The notes under the pieces: model-generated | The model's input: only the letters and a program-made list of their open reading frames with translations | The model's database searches: none | Told to the model about the DNA's origin: nothing | Assembly (NCBI GenBank): GCA_947627315.1 | Contig: CANQVN010000001.1 | Location: forward strand, 1,656 to 65,655 | From: an uncultured Clostridia bacterium | Lineage (GTDB): Bacteria > Bacillota > Clostridia > Oscillospirales > QAKW01 | Length of the DNA: 64,000 bases | Reading direction: 5' to 3' | Shown: piece after piece, positions 28,410 through 38,152 of the stretch | How the letters are laid out: each line of letters opens with the position of its first letter | How positions within the stretch are numbered: the stretch's first letter is position 1 | Program-made: the position numbers and the translations under genes

Positions 28410-28534
28410 ATTGATTTATGTGCGCTTCCTTTGGGAATGAGCGGTAAAAAGCCGCATTGCACAGGTTGTTGAGTTTGTATTCAAAGTGTCGATGTACGGT
28501 TGCCTTTATGGGCGGCCGGTATCGGCACTTTTTT
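28410..28534 (+). promoter_or_regulatory. Putative structured leader RNA ending in a terminator hairpin (copy A)
   Basis: Shares attgatttatgtgc ... gcattgcacaRgttgttRagtttgtat with 62689-62757 (minus strand). Hairpin at 28486-28528 plus T6. Confidence 0.7.
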
Positions 28535-28572
28535 ATATAGATATTTTAAGCCGAGAGGCAGAAAGGAGAAAA

Positions 28573-28986
28573 ATGGCGCAGGTTTATGTTATCGGACGGG
28601 TAACAAGCAGCCCGGAACTGAAAACTAGCAGCAAAGGAAGGTCGTATGTACGGTTCGATATAGCCGATCATATCGGGTATAACGAGAACATGCGGACACA
28701 GTATTTTCAAGTCCTTGTGTTTGACGAAGACGCCGAACGTATCGTTCGCGCAAACGTCGGCAAAGGCGCGTTGATTTGGGTGAGCGGGTCTTTGGAACTG
28801 GAAACCTATATGAAAAAGGACGGCATCACCGTAGACAAACGCATGAAAATATGGCTGGATAACTGGGGTTATATTTCGGGCAGGGGCGGTTGCACTTCAA
28901 ACACCGACCCGCAAAAGACTCCGGAAATGCAGGATACCGATATGGTGCCCGGCATAGACGGAGAAAGAGAAAACTTGCCGGAGTAA
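28573..28986 (+). CDS. ssb: Single-stranded DNA-binding protein
   Basis: MAQVYVIGRVTSSPELKTSSKGRSYVRFDIA...QYFQVLVFDEDAERI...KGALIWVSGSLE OB-fold pattern. Confidence 0.8.
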   Translation: MAQVYVIGRVTSSPELKTSSKGRSYVRFDIADHIGYNENMRTQYFQVLVFDEDAERIVRANVGKGALIWVSGSLELETYMKKDGITVDKRMKIWLDNWGYISGRGGCTSNTDPQKTPEMQDTDMVPGIDGERENLPE

Positions 28987-28998
28987 ATTCGGCGCAAA

Positions 28999-29050
28999 GA
29001 GGAACCGTATTGTGTTTCAACAGGAAAACACGTGCGGTTCCTCTTTTTTT
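28999..29050 (+). terminator. Rho-independent terminator after ssb
   Basis: gaggaaccg ... cggttcctc followed by a T-run. Confidence 0.75.
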
Positions 29051-29075
29051 ATTTATGAAAGAAAGGTCGAACAAA

Positions 29076-29882
29076 ATGAACAAAAAAGCAAGCATATGGT
29101 CCTACGTGTCGGTACTGATCGCAGCCGTTTTGGCTGTCGTGGCGTTTGCGCGCGGCTCGCTTCAATTGTGGCTGCTTTCGGGCGTTTTCGCCGCATGGAT
29201 ACTGTGGATCGCAGTAAAGTACGGTATTCCGTATTTGAAATTGCAAAAAAGTTATCACGAAGCAAGAAAAGTCATTAAAAAGAATCGGGCAAGGCAAACC
29301 GGACAAATAAACTTTCCCGACGTGTCGGACTCTGTAAGTCAGGTTCTCGTTCGGCACGTCAATTACCGTATTTCCGCCTACCTGCAATCCGCTTATCCGG
29401 ACGCCACCTGGGAGTGGTGCGAAGAGTTTCCCGAAAGAATAGCAAGACGGGGCGGCAAAGGACGGATACGGCTGTTCGGCGTTCCCGAATACAATTATGC
29501 CGACGTTTCCTTAACGCAGGACGCGGATATCGGGTTCGATTTGTTAAAGATCGTGCCGATAACCGAGCTGCAGCGCGGCTCGGAAGACACGCAAACGCTG
29601 CCCAAAAAGCAGGAGCCGGTCGATCCGCAGGTTTGGTATGAAAATCAGGCGAAGGACGTACTGAAAAATCTCATTTCCTGCCTTGCCTCCCGCGGTCATC
29701 ACAGCCTCACCATTAAAGAAAACGGAGAGGTTTCCGTCAAACAGGCGGACGGTGACCGTGTGCAGGCCGCTCTGAAAAATGTCCCGGAAAGGATGTATTG
29801 GGCAAGACTGTCCAAGGTCTTTGAACGCGAGGGCATTGCCGCCAATATCACCGACGCCGGAATGGAACTGTCGTGGTTATAA
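29076..29882 (+). CDS. Membrane-anchored hypothetical protein
   Basis: Two N-terminal hydrophobic segments, then a soluble domain. Confidence 0.5.
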   Translation: MNKKASIWSYVSVLIAAVLAVVAFARGSLQLWLLSGVFAAWILWIAVKYGIPYLKLQKSYHEARKVIKKNRARQTGQINFPDVSDSVSQVLVRHVNYRISAYLQSAYPDATWEWCEEFPERIARRGGKGRIRLFGVPEYNYADVSLTQDADIGFDLLKIVPITELQRGSEDTQTLPKKQEPVDPQVWYENQAKDVLKNLISCLASRGHHSLTIKENGEVSVKQADGDRVQAALKNVPERMYWARLSKVFEREGIAANITDAGMELSWL

Positions 29883-29901
29883 CGGAAAGGGAGTGATGCA
29901 A

Positions 29902-30975
29902 ATGAAAACCGGAATGACGATCAATGAATTGGCAAAAGAGATCCTGCGTCAGCGCGATGCAAAGGAAGATTACATTGTCAACACCGGAAGACTTCGTATG
30001 GAAGCCTGCGGGGATGATGTTTTGTTGCGCGTGTTGGATTCAAACTCCGCGGATCGGATAGAGCCTATGGATATAGGTCCAAACGCGCACAGGCAGATTG
30101 CAACGCACTTGTCTATCCCCACCAAGTATTACGAGAAAATGCAGCAGGAGGATCCGGAGCTTTTAGCCGAAAATGTCAACGCATGGTTTTCACGGGACGC
30201 AAAGGACAGAATGCTGCGCGTCATGGACGGAAAGGCGCGCGCATTTTTGAGCAACAGATATCTTCGCATAGACCATTACCAAATCGCGAGCGCCGTTTTG
30301 CCGATCATACAGCAAATGTCGGATGCGCGGTTTGAAAGCTGCGAGCTTACCGAAAACCGTATGTATATCAAGGTGGTAAATCCGAGACTGCAAGACGAGG
30401 TCACGCCGGGCGATATTGTTCAGGCGGGTCTTATCATCAGCAACAGCGAAGTGGGGCTCGGCTCCGTAAGCGTGCAGCCGTTGATTTACAGACTTATATG
30501 CAAAAACGGCATGGTCGTAAACGATGCGGCAACAAAAAGAACGCATATCGGCAGGGTCAGTTCCGCCGATGAAAATTTCCTGCTCTATTCGGACGAAACA
30601 CTTCGCGCAGACGACAAGGCGTTTTTGATGAAGGTCAAAGACACCGTTCGTGCGGTGGTCGAAGAGGCAAAGTTCAGCCGGGTGGTAGACATTATGAAAA
30701 AAGCCGCGGGTCTGCCGATCAACACCGCCAATGTGCCGGAGGTCGTGCGTTTGGCAAGCCGTGATTTCGGAATTACCGACGCCGAGCAGCCCGGCATTTT
30801 GCAGCATCTTATAGAGGGCAAGGATATGAGCCTGTACGGACTTTCAAATGCGGTGACACGGTTCAGCCAGGATGTTGAAAGTTACGATCGCGCCACCGAC
30901 CTGGAAACGATCGGCTACGGTATTCTCACCATGCCCGCGATGCAGTGGAGCAGAATCAATCAAGTCGCGGCGTAA
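29902..30975 (+). CDS. DUF932-family protein
   Basis: KARAFLSNRYLRIDHYQIASAVLPIIQ...GLIISNSEVGLGSVSVQPLIYRLICKNGMV. Confidence 0.75.
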   Translation: MKTGMTINELAKEILRQRDAKEDYIVNTGRLRMEACGDDVLLRVLDSNSADRIEPMDIGPNAHRQIATHLSIPTKYYEKMQQEDPELLAENVNAWFSRDAKDRMLRVMDGKARAFLSNRYLRIDHYQIASAVLPIIQQMSDARFESCELTENRMYIKVVNPRLQDEVTPGDIVQAGLIISNSEVGLGSVSVQPLIYRLICKNGMVVNDAATKRTHIGRVSSADENFLLYSDETLRADDKAFLMKVKDTVRAVVEEAKFSRVVDIMKKAAGLPINTANVPEVVRLASRDFGITDAEQPGILQHLIEGKDMSLYGLSNAVTRFSQDVESYDRATDLETIGYGILTMPAMQWSRINQVAA

Positions 30976-31003
30976 AAACAAAAAATATTATGGAGGAACA
31001 ATA

Positions 31004-31873
31004 ATGAACATGAATGAAAATGCTTTAATCGAAAAGAAAGAATTTATCGTCCCTTCTCTCGGAGAGACCGAATGCGAGTTTTCAAACGAGGACTTTGCGG
31101 AAGATTTTGAAGGATTACAGCTGAGCTTTCCGCGAATTAAAATTCCGGGGAGCGGATCGCTTCGGTTTGAAATGCCAAGCGCCAATCCGGAAGATCCCGA
31201 ATATGAAAAAACGATAGACGGCGTCATAATCTATAACCACAGAACGTGCGCCTACTGGCCCGCAGGCAGCGAGTATGACGAAAGCGTAAATCCGCTATGC
31301 TCCTCGGTGGACGGAAAAACGGGTATCGGCGATCCGGGCGGAGCGTGCGCCGTATGCGAACTGAACCAATACGGCACCGCGACGGACAAAAACGGAAACG
31401 CGACCGCGGGAAAAGCCTGCAAAAATATGCGGCATCTCTATATTCTCCGCAGCGGCGAGTATTTGCCCGTTATGCTTTCACTGCCGCCCACCAGCATTCG
31501 CCCGTATTCCGATTTTATGAATACAGCCTTTGTGCCGCGCAAGCGTCCCACCTGGAGCAGTGTTATCCAGATCGGTCTCAAGCGCGTTGAAAACGGAGCG
31601 AACACGTACAGCGTTGCCACCTTTAAGGTCCTTTATGATTTGGAAGGCGAACAACTGCGGCAGGTCAAACAGTATGCCGAAAGTTTTCGCGGTCAGATCC
31701 GCAGGATGCTGCAAGAACGCGCGCTGAGCTCGGAGAGCAGGCTGGAAACGGACGTTATTGCCGACCCCGATCCGAATTATATGATTTCCGAAAACGGAGA
31801 GCATTTTTCGGTCACGGCAAACGTGGGAGTCGGAACGGTCGACGGAGAGCGGAACGAACTTCCGCTCGCGTAA
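31004..31873 (+). CDS. Phage/plasmid-type hypothetical protein
   Basis: RBS GGAGG. Cysteine-containing segment CAVCELNQYG...CKNMRHLYIL. Confidence 0.5.
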   Translation: MNMNENALIEKKEFIVPSLGETECEFSNEDFAEDFEGLQLSFPRIKIPGSGSLRFEMPSANPEDPEYEKTIDGVIIYNHRTCAYWPAGSEYDESVNPLCSSVDGKTGIGDPGGACAVCELNQYGTATDKNGNATAGKACKNMRHLYILRSGEYLPVMLSLPPTSIRPYSDFMNTAFVPRKRPTWSSVIQIGLKRVENGANTYSVATFKVLYDLEGEQLRQVKQYAESFRGQIRRMLQERALSSESRLETDVIADPDPNYMISENGEHFSVTANVGVGTVDGERNELPLA

Positions 31874-31932
31874 TCATCAGTCAGTTAAGGGATACCGTTT
31901 TCGGACGGTATCCCTTGGGAGGTGTGTATAAA

Positions 31933-32490
31933 ATGAAGCCGCTTACGGACAGGCAAAGAAAATTTGCCGAGCAAAACCATAATCTTGTATACAGTTTTAT
32001 GAACGAGAAAGGCTTGCAGGAGGCGACTTACTACGACGTGATTATTTTCGGATATCTGCGCGCCGTTCAGGAGTATTGCGAAACGCCCGATCTTTGGAAA
32101 AAGCCTTTTTCCACCATCGCATGGAAAAAGATGATCGACGAACTTATCAGTTTTCAAAGGTATCAGTCCCGAAACAACCGTAACGCGCAGACGGTAAGTT
32201 TATGCGACGCTTCCGTGCGGGAATACGGCTGTTCTAAAGGCGGCTGCAATATTGCGGCAAACGACGACCAAATTCTTCGTCAAATGGAAATGGAACTGCT
32301 TCTCCATACACTGGCGTCCGAACTCCCTCAAAGGCACATGCGGATTATTCGTATGAAACTGGACGGAGATACTATGCGCGACATTGCCAAGGCGGAGCAT
32401 ATAACATTCCGGGAGATAAACCGTATGATATCCGATATGCGAGACACGGTCCTTAAACTTTGCTGCGGAAAGAAAGGTGAAATGTTATGA
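31933..32490 (+). CDS. Sigma-70-like factor
   Basis: MKPLTDRQRKFAEQNHNLVYSFMNEKGL...LPQRHMRIIRMKLDGDTMRDIAKAEHITFREINRMI. Confidence 0.6.
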   Translation: MKPLTDRQRKFAEQNHNLVYSFMNEKGLQEATYYDVIIFGYLRAVQEYCETPDLWKKPFSTIAWKKMIDELISFQRYQSRNNRNAQTVSLCDASVREYGCSKGGCNIAANDDQILRQMEMELLLHTLASELPQRHMRIIRMKLDGDTMRDIAKAEHITFREINRMISDMRDTVLKLCCGKKGEML

Positions 32491-33356
32491 TTTTATCCAA
32501 GCCCGGCGAAGCGTTTGACTATAACGGTTATAAATATGTTGTCGGCGAAGAGGTCATCGGCACTTCAAAGAGCGAATACGAAAACCTTATCGGTCATATT
32601 ATTGAGATCCGCGCGGACGGCGATGCCGAAACGGAAAATGAAACCCCCGATATCTATTGTCGCTTTGACAGCCCTGTATCACCTTATGAGATACAGCGTT
32701 TGGAGCATACATTTTCCGCTCTGTACGGGCAACCCAAAAAGCTCTGCGATTTGCCGCTTGACTGTGTGATCATGGCACCGGAGATGATATATCCCACCAA
32801 GAATTACTCCGAGCATCCGGCATCCGTCCCCGTATATTTGCTGAAAGAGCAATGGGCGGACAAAGGAGAAAATGACTGCGCTTTCAGAATATACCTTGAT
32901 AAACAGGAGGCAAAATATAACTTTTTTAAGACGCTTGCCGAACTGTTCAAATACGGCGATGCGGTTCCAAACGATACAAACGATATGGAATGCGATTGCG
33001 GCGCGGGCCTTTACAGGGTATGGGCTGCCGACGATTATATAAATTTTCATTATGAAATCCGTATCGAGAAGCGGCAACTCAAAATCCCGCGTCGAGTATT
33101 TGACAGCGTGGGAATGGAGTGGTATCGGGAATGCAAAAACGAGGACTTTAACGACCGGTTGGATGAAATGGCTGACGGCGGAAGCATTACGGAGGACCAA
33201 CACAAAAAACTGCGTTCCTGCCGCTGCGCCGCCGAGCTTATCGACTATGAACTCGGTCACAATTCCGAATACTGGACGTCTTACCAAACTTGTGTTTCGG
33301 AAGCGATCAGAAAACTGCTGCATAAAGAAGAAAGGAGTGTTTGTCATGAAGTCTAA
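32487..33356 (+). CDS. Hypothetical protein
   Basis: 289-aa ORF coupled to the upstream gene. Confidence 0.5.
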   Translation: MILSKPGEAFDYNGYKYVVGEEVIGTSKSEYENLIGHIIEIRADGDAETENETPDIYCRFDSPVSPYEIQRLEHTFSALYGQPKKLCDLPLDCVIMAPEMIYPTKNYSEHPASVPVYLLKEQWADKGENDCAFRIYLDKQEAKYNFFKTLAELFKYGDAVPNDTNDMECDCGAGLYRVWAADDYINFHYEIRIEKRQLKIPRRVFDSVGMEWYRECKNEDFNDRLDEMADGGSITEDQHKKLRSCRCAAELIDYELGHNSEYWTSYQTCVSEAIRKLLHKEERSVCHEV

Positions 33357-33570
33357 AAAGTTTATTTCTGTTACGGGAAATCTGCTTTTCCCGTTGAATG
33401 AGGGGCGGCGCGCAATCATCATGCAGGATAGCGGATATGTTGTAACCTCCCGCGTTGTGGAGGTTATAGAGGTTGCGCCGGATCACGCTGTGTTTGAAAC
33501 GATGAACTCGATTTATCGGGTGGCGTTTGAACGCTCCCCCAATAAGGCGTCGCTGAAAATGTGCGCCTGA
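33346..33570 (+). CDS. Small hypothetical protein
   Basis: RBS AAAGGAG, 74 aa, overlaps the upstream gene end. Confidence 0.5.
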   Translation: MKSKKFISVTGNLLFPLNEGRRAIIMQDSGYVVTSRVVEVIEVAPDHAVFETMNSIYRVAFERSPNKASLKMCA

Positions 33571-33687
33571 CAGCAAACGATTTCGGGCACAGTCGGCATT
33601 GACCGGCTGTGCTCGGCTTTTGAAAGGAAGAAAAATGAATGTATGTAAGAACAATGAGCCTTGCGGGAACGAACCGGGAGGCGCACG

Positions 33688-36600
33688 GTGAAATATAAAG
33701 TTTACGATACGCCCGTACCGCAAAATCAGCGGGAGGAGGTCAATAAAAAACTCCTGCATCTGATAGACGCCTGCCGATATGGCGAAAGTGAAGTAAGTGC
33801 GGCGGACGTTTACAACCGCTATACCGGTCACGGCGGGCTTCACGATTTGAACAGAAAAGATTTTGAAAATTACGCGGCTTATGGCAATGCCAAAAAAGAG
33901 ATAGAAAACGGACAGTTTTTTACGCCGCCTCGCCTTTGTAAACTTGTTGCGGATTGTCTGATGCCGACCGAACAGGCGCAAATAGCCGATCTGACTTGCG
34001 GCGCAGGCGGATTTTTCAATTTCTTTCCGGTTGAGAGCAATTTGTACGGCTGTGAAATTGACGACGATGCGTATCGGGTGGCAAAATTTCTTTATCCGGA
34101 TGCGAATTTGGAAAAAGCGGATATTCGCGAATATAGTCCGAGCGTTCGATTTGACTATATCGTGGGAAATCCGCCGTACAATCTGAAGTGGACGACTCAC
34201 GACGGCAATACGGAAGTGTCGCAGAACTATTACTGTTATAAATCCGCAGGGCTGCTCAAGCCAAACGGCATATTGGCGGTTATTCTTCCGCTTTCGTTTC
34301 TTTCCGACAGCTTTTCGGACGGAGGACAAATAAGAGAAATGGAAAAGCGATTTCATTTTCTCGGTCAGGTATCCCTTCCGAAAAATTTATTTTCGGCTCT
34401 CGGCGTTTGCTCTTTTGGCACCAAACTTCAATTTTGGCAGCGAAAAAAGAATCCGTCGCCCGGCAGTTACCATACGGCGATGGATCTTTCGCTTGACGAT
34501 GATTTTGACGGCGCGGAAGCGGCAAAACGGATAACCGAAACCCTGCTTTCCGACGCCCTGGATCTGATGCGGCGCGACCGTGTCGCGGGCATCCTTGAAA
34601 TGGCTAAGGAAAAAGAGTTGTCCGAGGATTTTCGGTATCAGGTCAGAAAGCGGCTGTATCAAATCAGTTGTCATCCGAGGCTTAAAAACAGTTATGCAAG
34701 CTGCTGTGAGTACCTGTTTCGCTTTTGCACGCAGAAACAGCCGGAGGGCATGCCCTTTGAAGAGTGGCGGAAAAGACGAATTACCGAAGCAAAAGTGCTG
34801 GCATATATGAACAGGGTCTTGTCGTCGCAAAACGACAAACCGCCCTGCGATAAAATCTCTCTTGTGAAGCGGGACTATGATCTTGTCTACAAAGGTTACA
34901 GTGCAAAAACGCGGAAAATTTTGACGGGAGGTATGAAAGAGCCGATGCCGATTTATGAACTCGCCTCCTCGGACGGAGAATTTTATAACGGCTACGAGCG
35001 GCTGATCCGTAAAAAGCGGGATGCGTACATACGTCAAAACAGACGGTTTAGCGATATGCGGGAAGATCCCACGATTGCTGAATGGCTCGCGAATTTCAGT
35101 CTGTGGGATGCGGAAAACGAGGAAGTTATCCGCTTAAACGATATGCAGCGGCACGACATCAATCTGATGCTTCAAAAGCGATACGGGCTTTTGCAATGGG
35201 AGCAAGGGAGCGGAAAAACGCTTGCCGGAATTGCCGTAGGCAAATACCGGATGGAGCGTGAAAATATCCGGTATACCTGGGTCGTTTCGACCGCCATTTC
35301 CATTCGCAATAACTGGGATATGGTCTTGAAAAATTACAAACAGCCCTATGTGTTTGTAAAAAAGCAGCGCGATCTTGAAAAGATACGCAGCGGAGATTTT
35401 GTCTTGATTACGCTGAACGCATTGTCAAAGTACAAAAAGTTTATTAAACGGTGGATCCGCATTCACAACCGAAAAATACAACTGATTTTCGATGAGAGCG
35501 ACGAGATGTCAAATCCGAACAGCATTCGGGCAAAGGCCGCGCTGGATTGCTTCAGAAAATGCAAAGCCAAACTCTTGACGACCGGCACGAGCACAAGAAA
35601 TAATATCTCGGAATTTGCGCCGCAGTTGGAGTTACTCTATAACAATTCGGTCAATATGATATCCTGGTGTCGGTTCGTTTACCACTACGATAAGAGGTCG
35701 GATTACCTGGACGGAGTGCAGAACGCATATTTCGGCAAACCGATCCCGGCGTACAAAAAGGGCTACTCTTTGTTCTCGGCTTCACATCTGCCCGAAAAAA
35801 TCACGGTGTTTGGCGCAAAGCAGCGAACGCAGGATATTTACAATGCGGAACTGCTGGACGAAATACTCGGAAAGACCGTTATAACGCGCAGTTTTGAAGA
35901 GATCGTCGGCAGGGATATCCGCCGTATTCATCAGCTTCCCGTATCGTTTGCGCCCGCCGAACGCGCGGTGTATCAGATGGCGATGGAGGAATTTTATAAA
36001 ATGCGGGACAACTATTTTGCTTCTACCGGAAATTCGAGAAAAGATTCCATGATGAAACTGATGCAGCAGATCACGCTGTTGCTGAAGATCAGCGCCGCTC
36101 CCGACACGGTCAAAGAATATAGCGGCGGCTTGCCGGTAAAAATCGGCAGGATCATTGAGATGTTAGGAGAATTTTCGGACGAGATTGTTACGATAGGCGT
36201 CCGACATAAAGCGGTGCTTGATGCTTATAAAGGCGCATTCGAGCAGGCGTATCCGAATCGCAAACTGTATGCCGTAACCGGTTCTTCCTATACATTCGCA
36301 CAGCGTCGTGCGCTCCAAAAAACTCTCAAAGAAAGCAAAAACGGCATTCTCCTTTGCACGCAGCAGAGCTTACCGTCCAGCGTGAACTTTGAATTTGTAA
36401 ACAAGGTGATCATTCCGGAGCTTCATTACAATAATGCAAAAATGAGCCAGTTCTATATGCGGTTTGTAAGGTACACGTCCACCGAATGGAAAGATATTTA
36501 TTTTATTACCTACGGCGGCAGTATTGAATCAAACCTGATGCAGATGGTACTGGCGAAGGAAAAAATAAACCTGTTTATGAAAGGTCAGGATAAAAACCTT

Positions 36601-36717
36601 GATGAGATATATTCCAAATTCGGAGTGGATTACGACTTGCTTTCTATGCTGATGTATCGGGAGCGGGACGAAAAAGGACAATTCCATATAAGATGGGGAG
36701 AGCAGCAAATTTCATAG
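33688..36717 (+). CDS. N6-adenine DNA methyltransferase fused to a DEAD/SNF2-like helicase domain
   Basis: MTase motifs DLTCGAGGFFNFF and NPPYN. Helicase motifs EQGSGKTLAG and LIFDESDE. Confidence 0.85.
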   Translation: MKYKVYDTPVPQNQREEVNKKLLHLIDACRYGESEVSAADVYNRYTGHGGLHDLNRKDFENYAAYGNAKKEIENGQFFTPPRLCKLVADCLMPTEQAQIADLTCGAGGFFNFFPVESNLYGCEIDDDAYRVAKFLYPDANLEKADIREYSPSVRFDYIVGNPPYNLKWTTHDGNTEVSQNYYCYKSAGLLKPNGILAVILPLSFLSDSFSDGGQIREMEKRFHFLGQVSLPKNLFSALGVCSFGTKLQFWQRKKNPSPGSYHTAMDLSLDDDFDGAEAAKRITETLLSDALDLMRRDRVAGILEMAKEKELSEDFRYQVRKRLYQISCHPRLKNSYASCCEYLFRFCTQKQPEGMPFEEWRKRRITEAKVLAYMNRVLSSQNDKPPCDKISLVKRDYDLVYKGYSAKTRKILTGGMKEPMPIYELASSDGEFYNGYERLIRKKRDAYIRQNRRFSDMREDPTIAEWLANFSLWDAENEEVIRLNDMQRHDINLMLQKRYGLLQWEQGSGKTLAGIAVGKYRMERENIRYTWVVSTAISIRNNWDMVLKNYKQPYVFVKKQRDLEKIRSGDFVLITLNALSKYKKFIKRWIRIHNRKIQLIFDESDEMSNPNSIRAKAALDCFRKCKAKLLTTGTSTRNNISEFAPQLELLYNNSVNMISWCRFVYHYDKRSDYLDGVQNAYFGKPIPAYKKGYSLFSASHLPEKITVFGAKQRTQDIYNAELLDEILGKTVITRSFEEIVGRDIRRIHQLPVSFAPAERAVYQMAMEEFYKMRDNYFASTGNSRKDSMMKLMQQITLLLKISAAPDTVKEYSGGLPVKIGRIIEMLGEFSDEIVTIGVRHKAVLDAYKGAFEQAYPNRKLYAVTGSSYTFAQRRALQKTLKESKNGILLCTQQSLPSSVNFEFVNKVIIPELHYNNAKMSQFYMRFVRYTSTEWKDIYFITYGGSIESNLMQMVLAKEKINLFMKGQDKNLDEIYSKFGVDYDLLSMLMYRERDEKGQFHIRWGEQQIS

Positions 36718-36784
36718 CAGTCTTTCTACTGTGCCGATTGCAACAAGAAGCGTGAGGGGTAGGCGCCGCCTACCCCTCTTTTTT

Positions 36785-36967
36785 CTAAAGTTCAAAGCCT
36801 TTTATGCAGCGCAGTAGCGTGATGCACAACTCCTGATACAGATCCTCGTCAAACGCATCGTCTACCACGGACTCTTTTAAGATAAGCGGACGGTACATTT
36901 CAAAAAGTGTATCAAACGAACCAAAATCGCCGCTTTTGGCACCGCGTATGAGCATCTCAAAATCCAT
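36785..36967 (-). CDS. Helix-turn-helix / sigma region-2-like small protein
   Basis: MDFEMLIRGAKSGDFGSFDTLFEMYRPLI...DLYQELCITLLRCIKGFEL. Confidence 0.55.
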   Translation of the reverse strand: MDFEMLIRGAKSGDFGSFDTLFEMYRPLILKESVVDDAFDEDLYQELCITLLRCIKGFEL

Positions 36968-37368
36968 TACAGTACACCTCCGTTCATTTTGTCACGCAGT
37001 TTTTTCAATGCTCTGTAAAATATGGATGCCACCGTTTTGTATGGTATATTCAGTTCAAAAGCCAGTTCTTCAAAACGCTTTTCGTCTAAAATATGCCCCA
37101 AAACGACGTACCGCTCTCTGCTGCTTATTGCATTCAGCGCGCTCCATAAATCGCAAAGTTCTATCACCTGCATAAAATAATCGTGCGTATCGCAAAACAG
37201 ATCGTCCGAAACAGTGCCGATAAGTTCAAACCGACGCTGCCTGTTTTTGCTTTTAAGGTATGTAAGACGGGTGTTCCGTACAGACGTCTTCAGATAAGCG
37301 GTAAATCTGTTTTGCAGAATATCCGCATAGTTTTTTCCATCGTTCTTTTTAAACATAAAAGCCTCCAA
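36967..37368 (-). CDS. Sigma-70-like factor (region 4)
   Basis: LNAISSRERYVVLGHILDEKRFEELAFELNIPYKTVASIFYRALKKLRD. Adjacent to 36785-36967. Confidence 0.65.
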   Translation of the reverse strand: MEAFMFKKNDGKNYADILQNRFTAYLKTSVRNTRLTYLKSKNRQRRFELIGTVSDDLFCDTHDYFMQVIELCDLWSALNAISSRERYVVLGHILDEKRFEELAFELNIPYKTVASIFYRALKKLRDKMNGGVL

Positions 37369-37644
37369 ATTCTGATTTTTGTCGAAACAAAAACAGAATC
37401 CGGAGGCGCACGCGGACGCAATAGGTATAAAAAACCAAAACTCTTGAATGGATTAGGTTCAAGAGTGATTCTTGTTATTTTACGGGATTGGCATCGCGAA
37501 TGAGTTGATCGATTTTGCCTGCATAAAGTAGTCCAACATAATCCCCGCCTTTGTTAATGAAATTCAGGCATATATCTCGGATCACAGACAACAAAATATT
37601 GGATAAATGGATAAATAGACGATGGCGCACCTGCCATCGTCTAT

Positions 37645-37926
37645 TTATCTGCTTTTTATTATCATGTCGGGCAGCGTAGACGCTCTGAGCAAATCAGCCG
37701 GATCGACATTTAATGCGTCGGCAATATTGAACAGCACGTCGAGCGAAAAGCCGTAAGCCATGTTGGGCGCTTCGATGTTGCTGATAAGAGAACGGCTCAC
37801 TCCGGCGTTGGCCGCAAGTTTTTCCTGCGTTAATCCGCGCACTTTGCGAAGCGTGGAGATAGCTATTCCCAGTTGAACGAATCTATCTCTGTTTTTATAA
37901 CCTATCTCTTTACCCATAGCATCCAC
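37645..37926 (-). CDS. XRE-family HTH repressor
   Basis: ISTLRKVRGLTQEKLAANAGVSRSLISNIE. Confidence 0.85.
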   Translation of the reverse strand: MDAMGKEIGYKNRDRFVQLGIAISTLRKVRGLTQEKLAANAGVSRSLISNIEAPNMAYGFSLDVLFNIADALNVDPADLLRASTLPDMIIKSR

Positions 37927-37995
37927 ACTTTCTTTGTTATTTCATTTTAATTATAGTATGAAATGCCTTTTCTTTCAGTACGCAACAGTAAGCGA

Positions 37996-38024
37996 TTGAC
38001 TTTATTAGTCAGCAATAGTATAAT
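37996..38024 (+). promoter_or_regulatory. Fixed plus-strand promoter candidate left of the invertible segment
   Basis: TTGACT - 17 nt - TATAAT. Confidence 0.6.
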
Positions 38025-38105
38025 GTTATAGGCATATAAGTTTTTAATTGCTTAGGCAACTGTGTACGGAGGCTGTAATTTGGTAAGCAGTAATATACCG
38101 TGTAG

Positions 38106-38139
38106 AAAAACAAAAAACAGACGCCAAAAGACATCTGTT
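38106..38139 (-). terminator. Minus-strand terminator just outside the left inverted repeat
   Basis: Plus strand aacagacgcc aaaa gacatctgtt (10-bp stem allowing G-U) with an A-rich left flank, i.e. U-rich on the minus transcript. Confidence 0.65.
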
Positions 38140-38152
38140 AATTTAATGTGTT

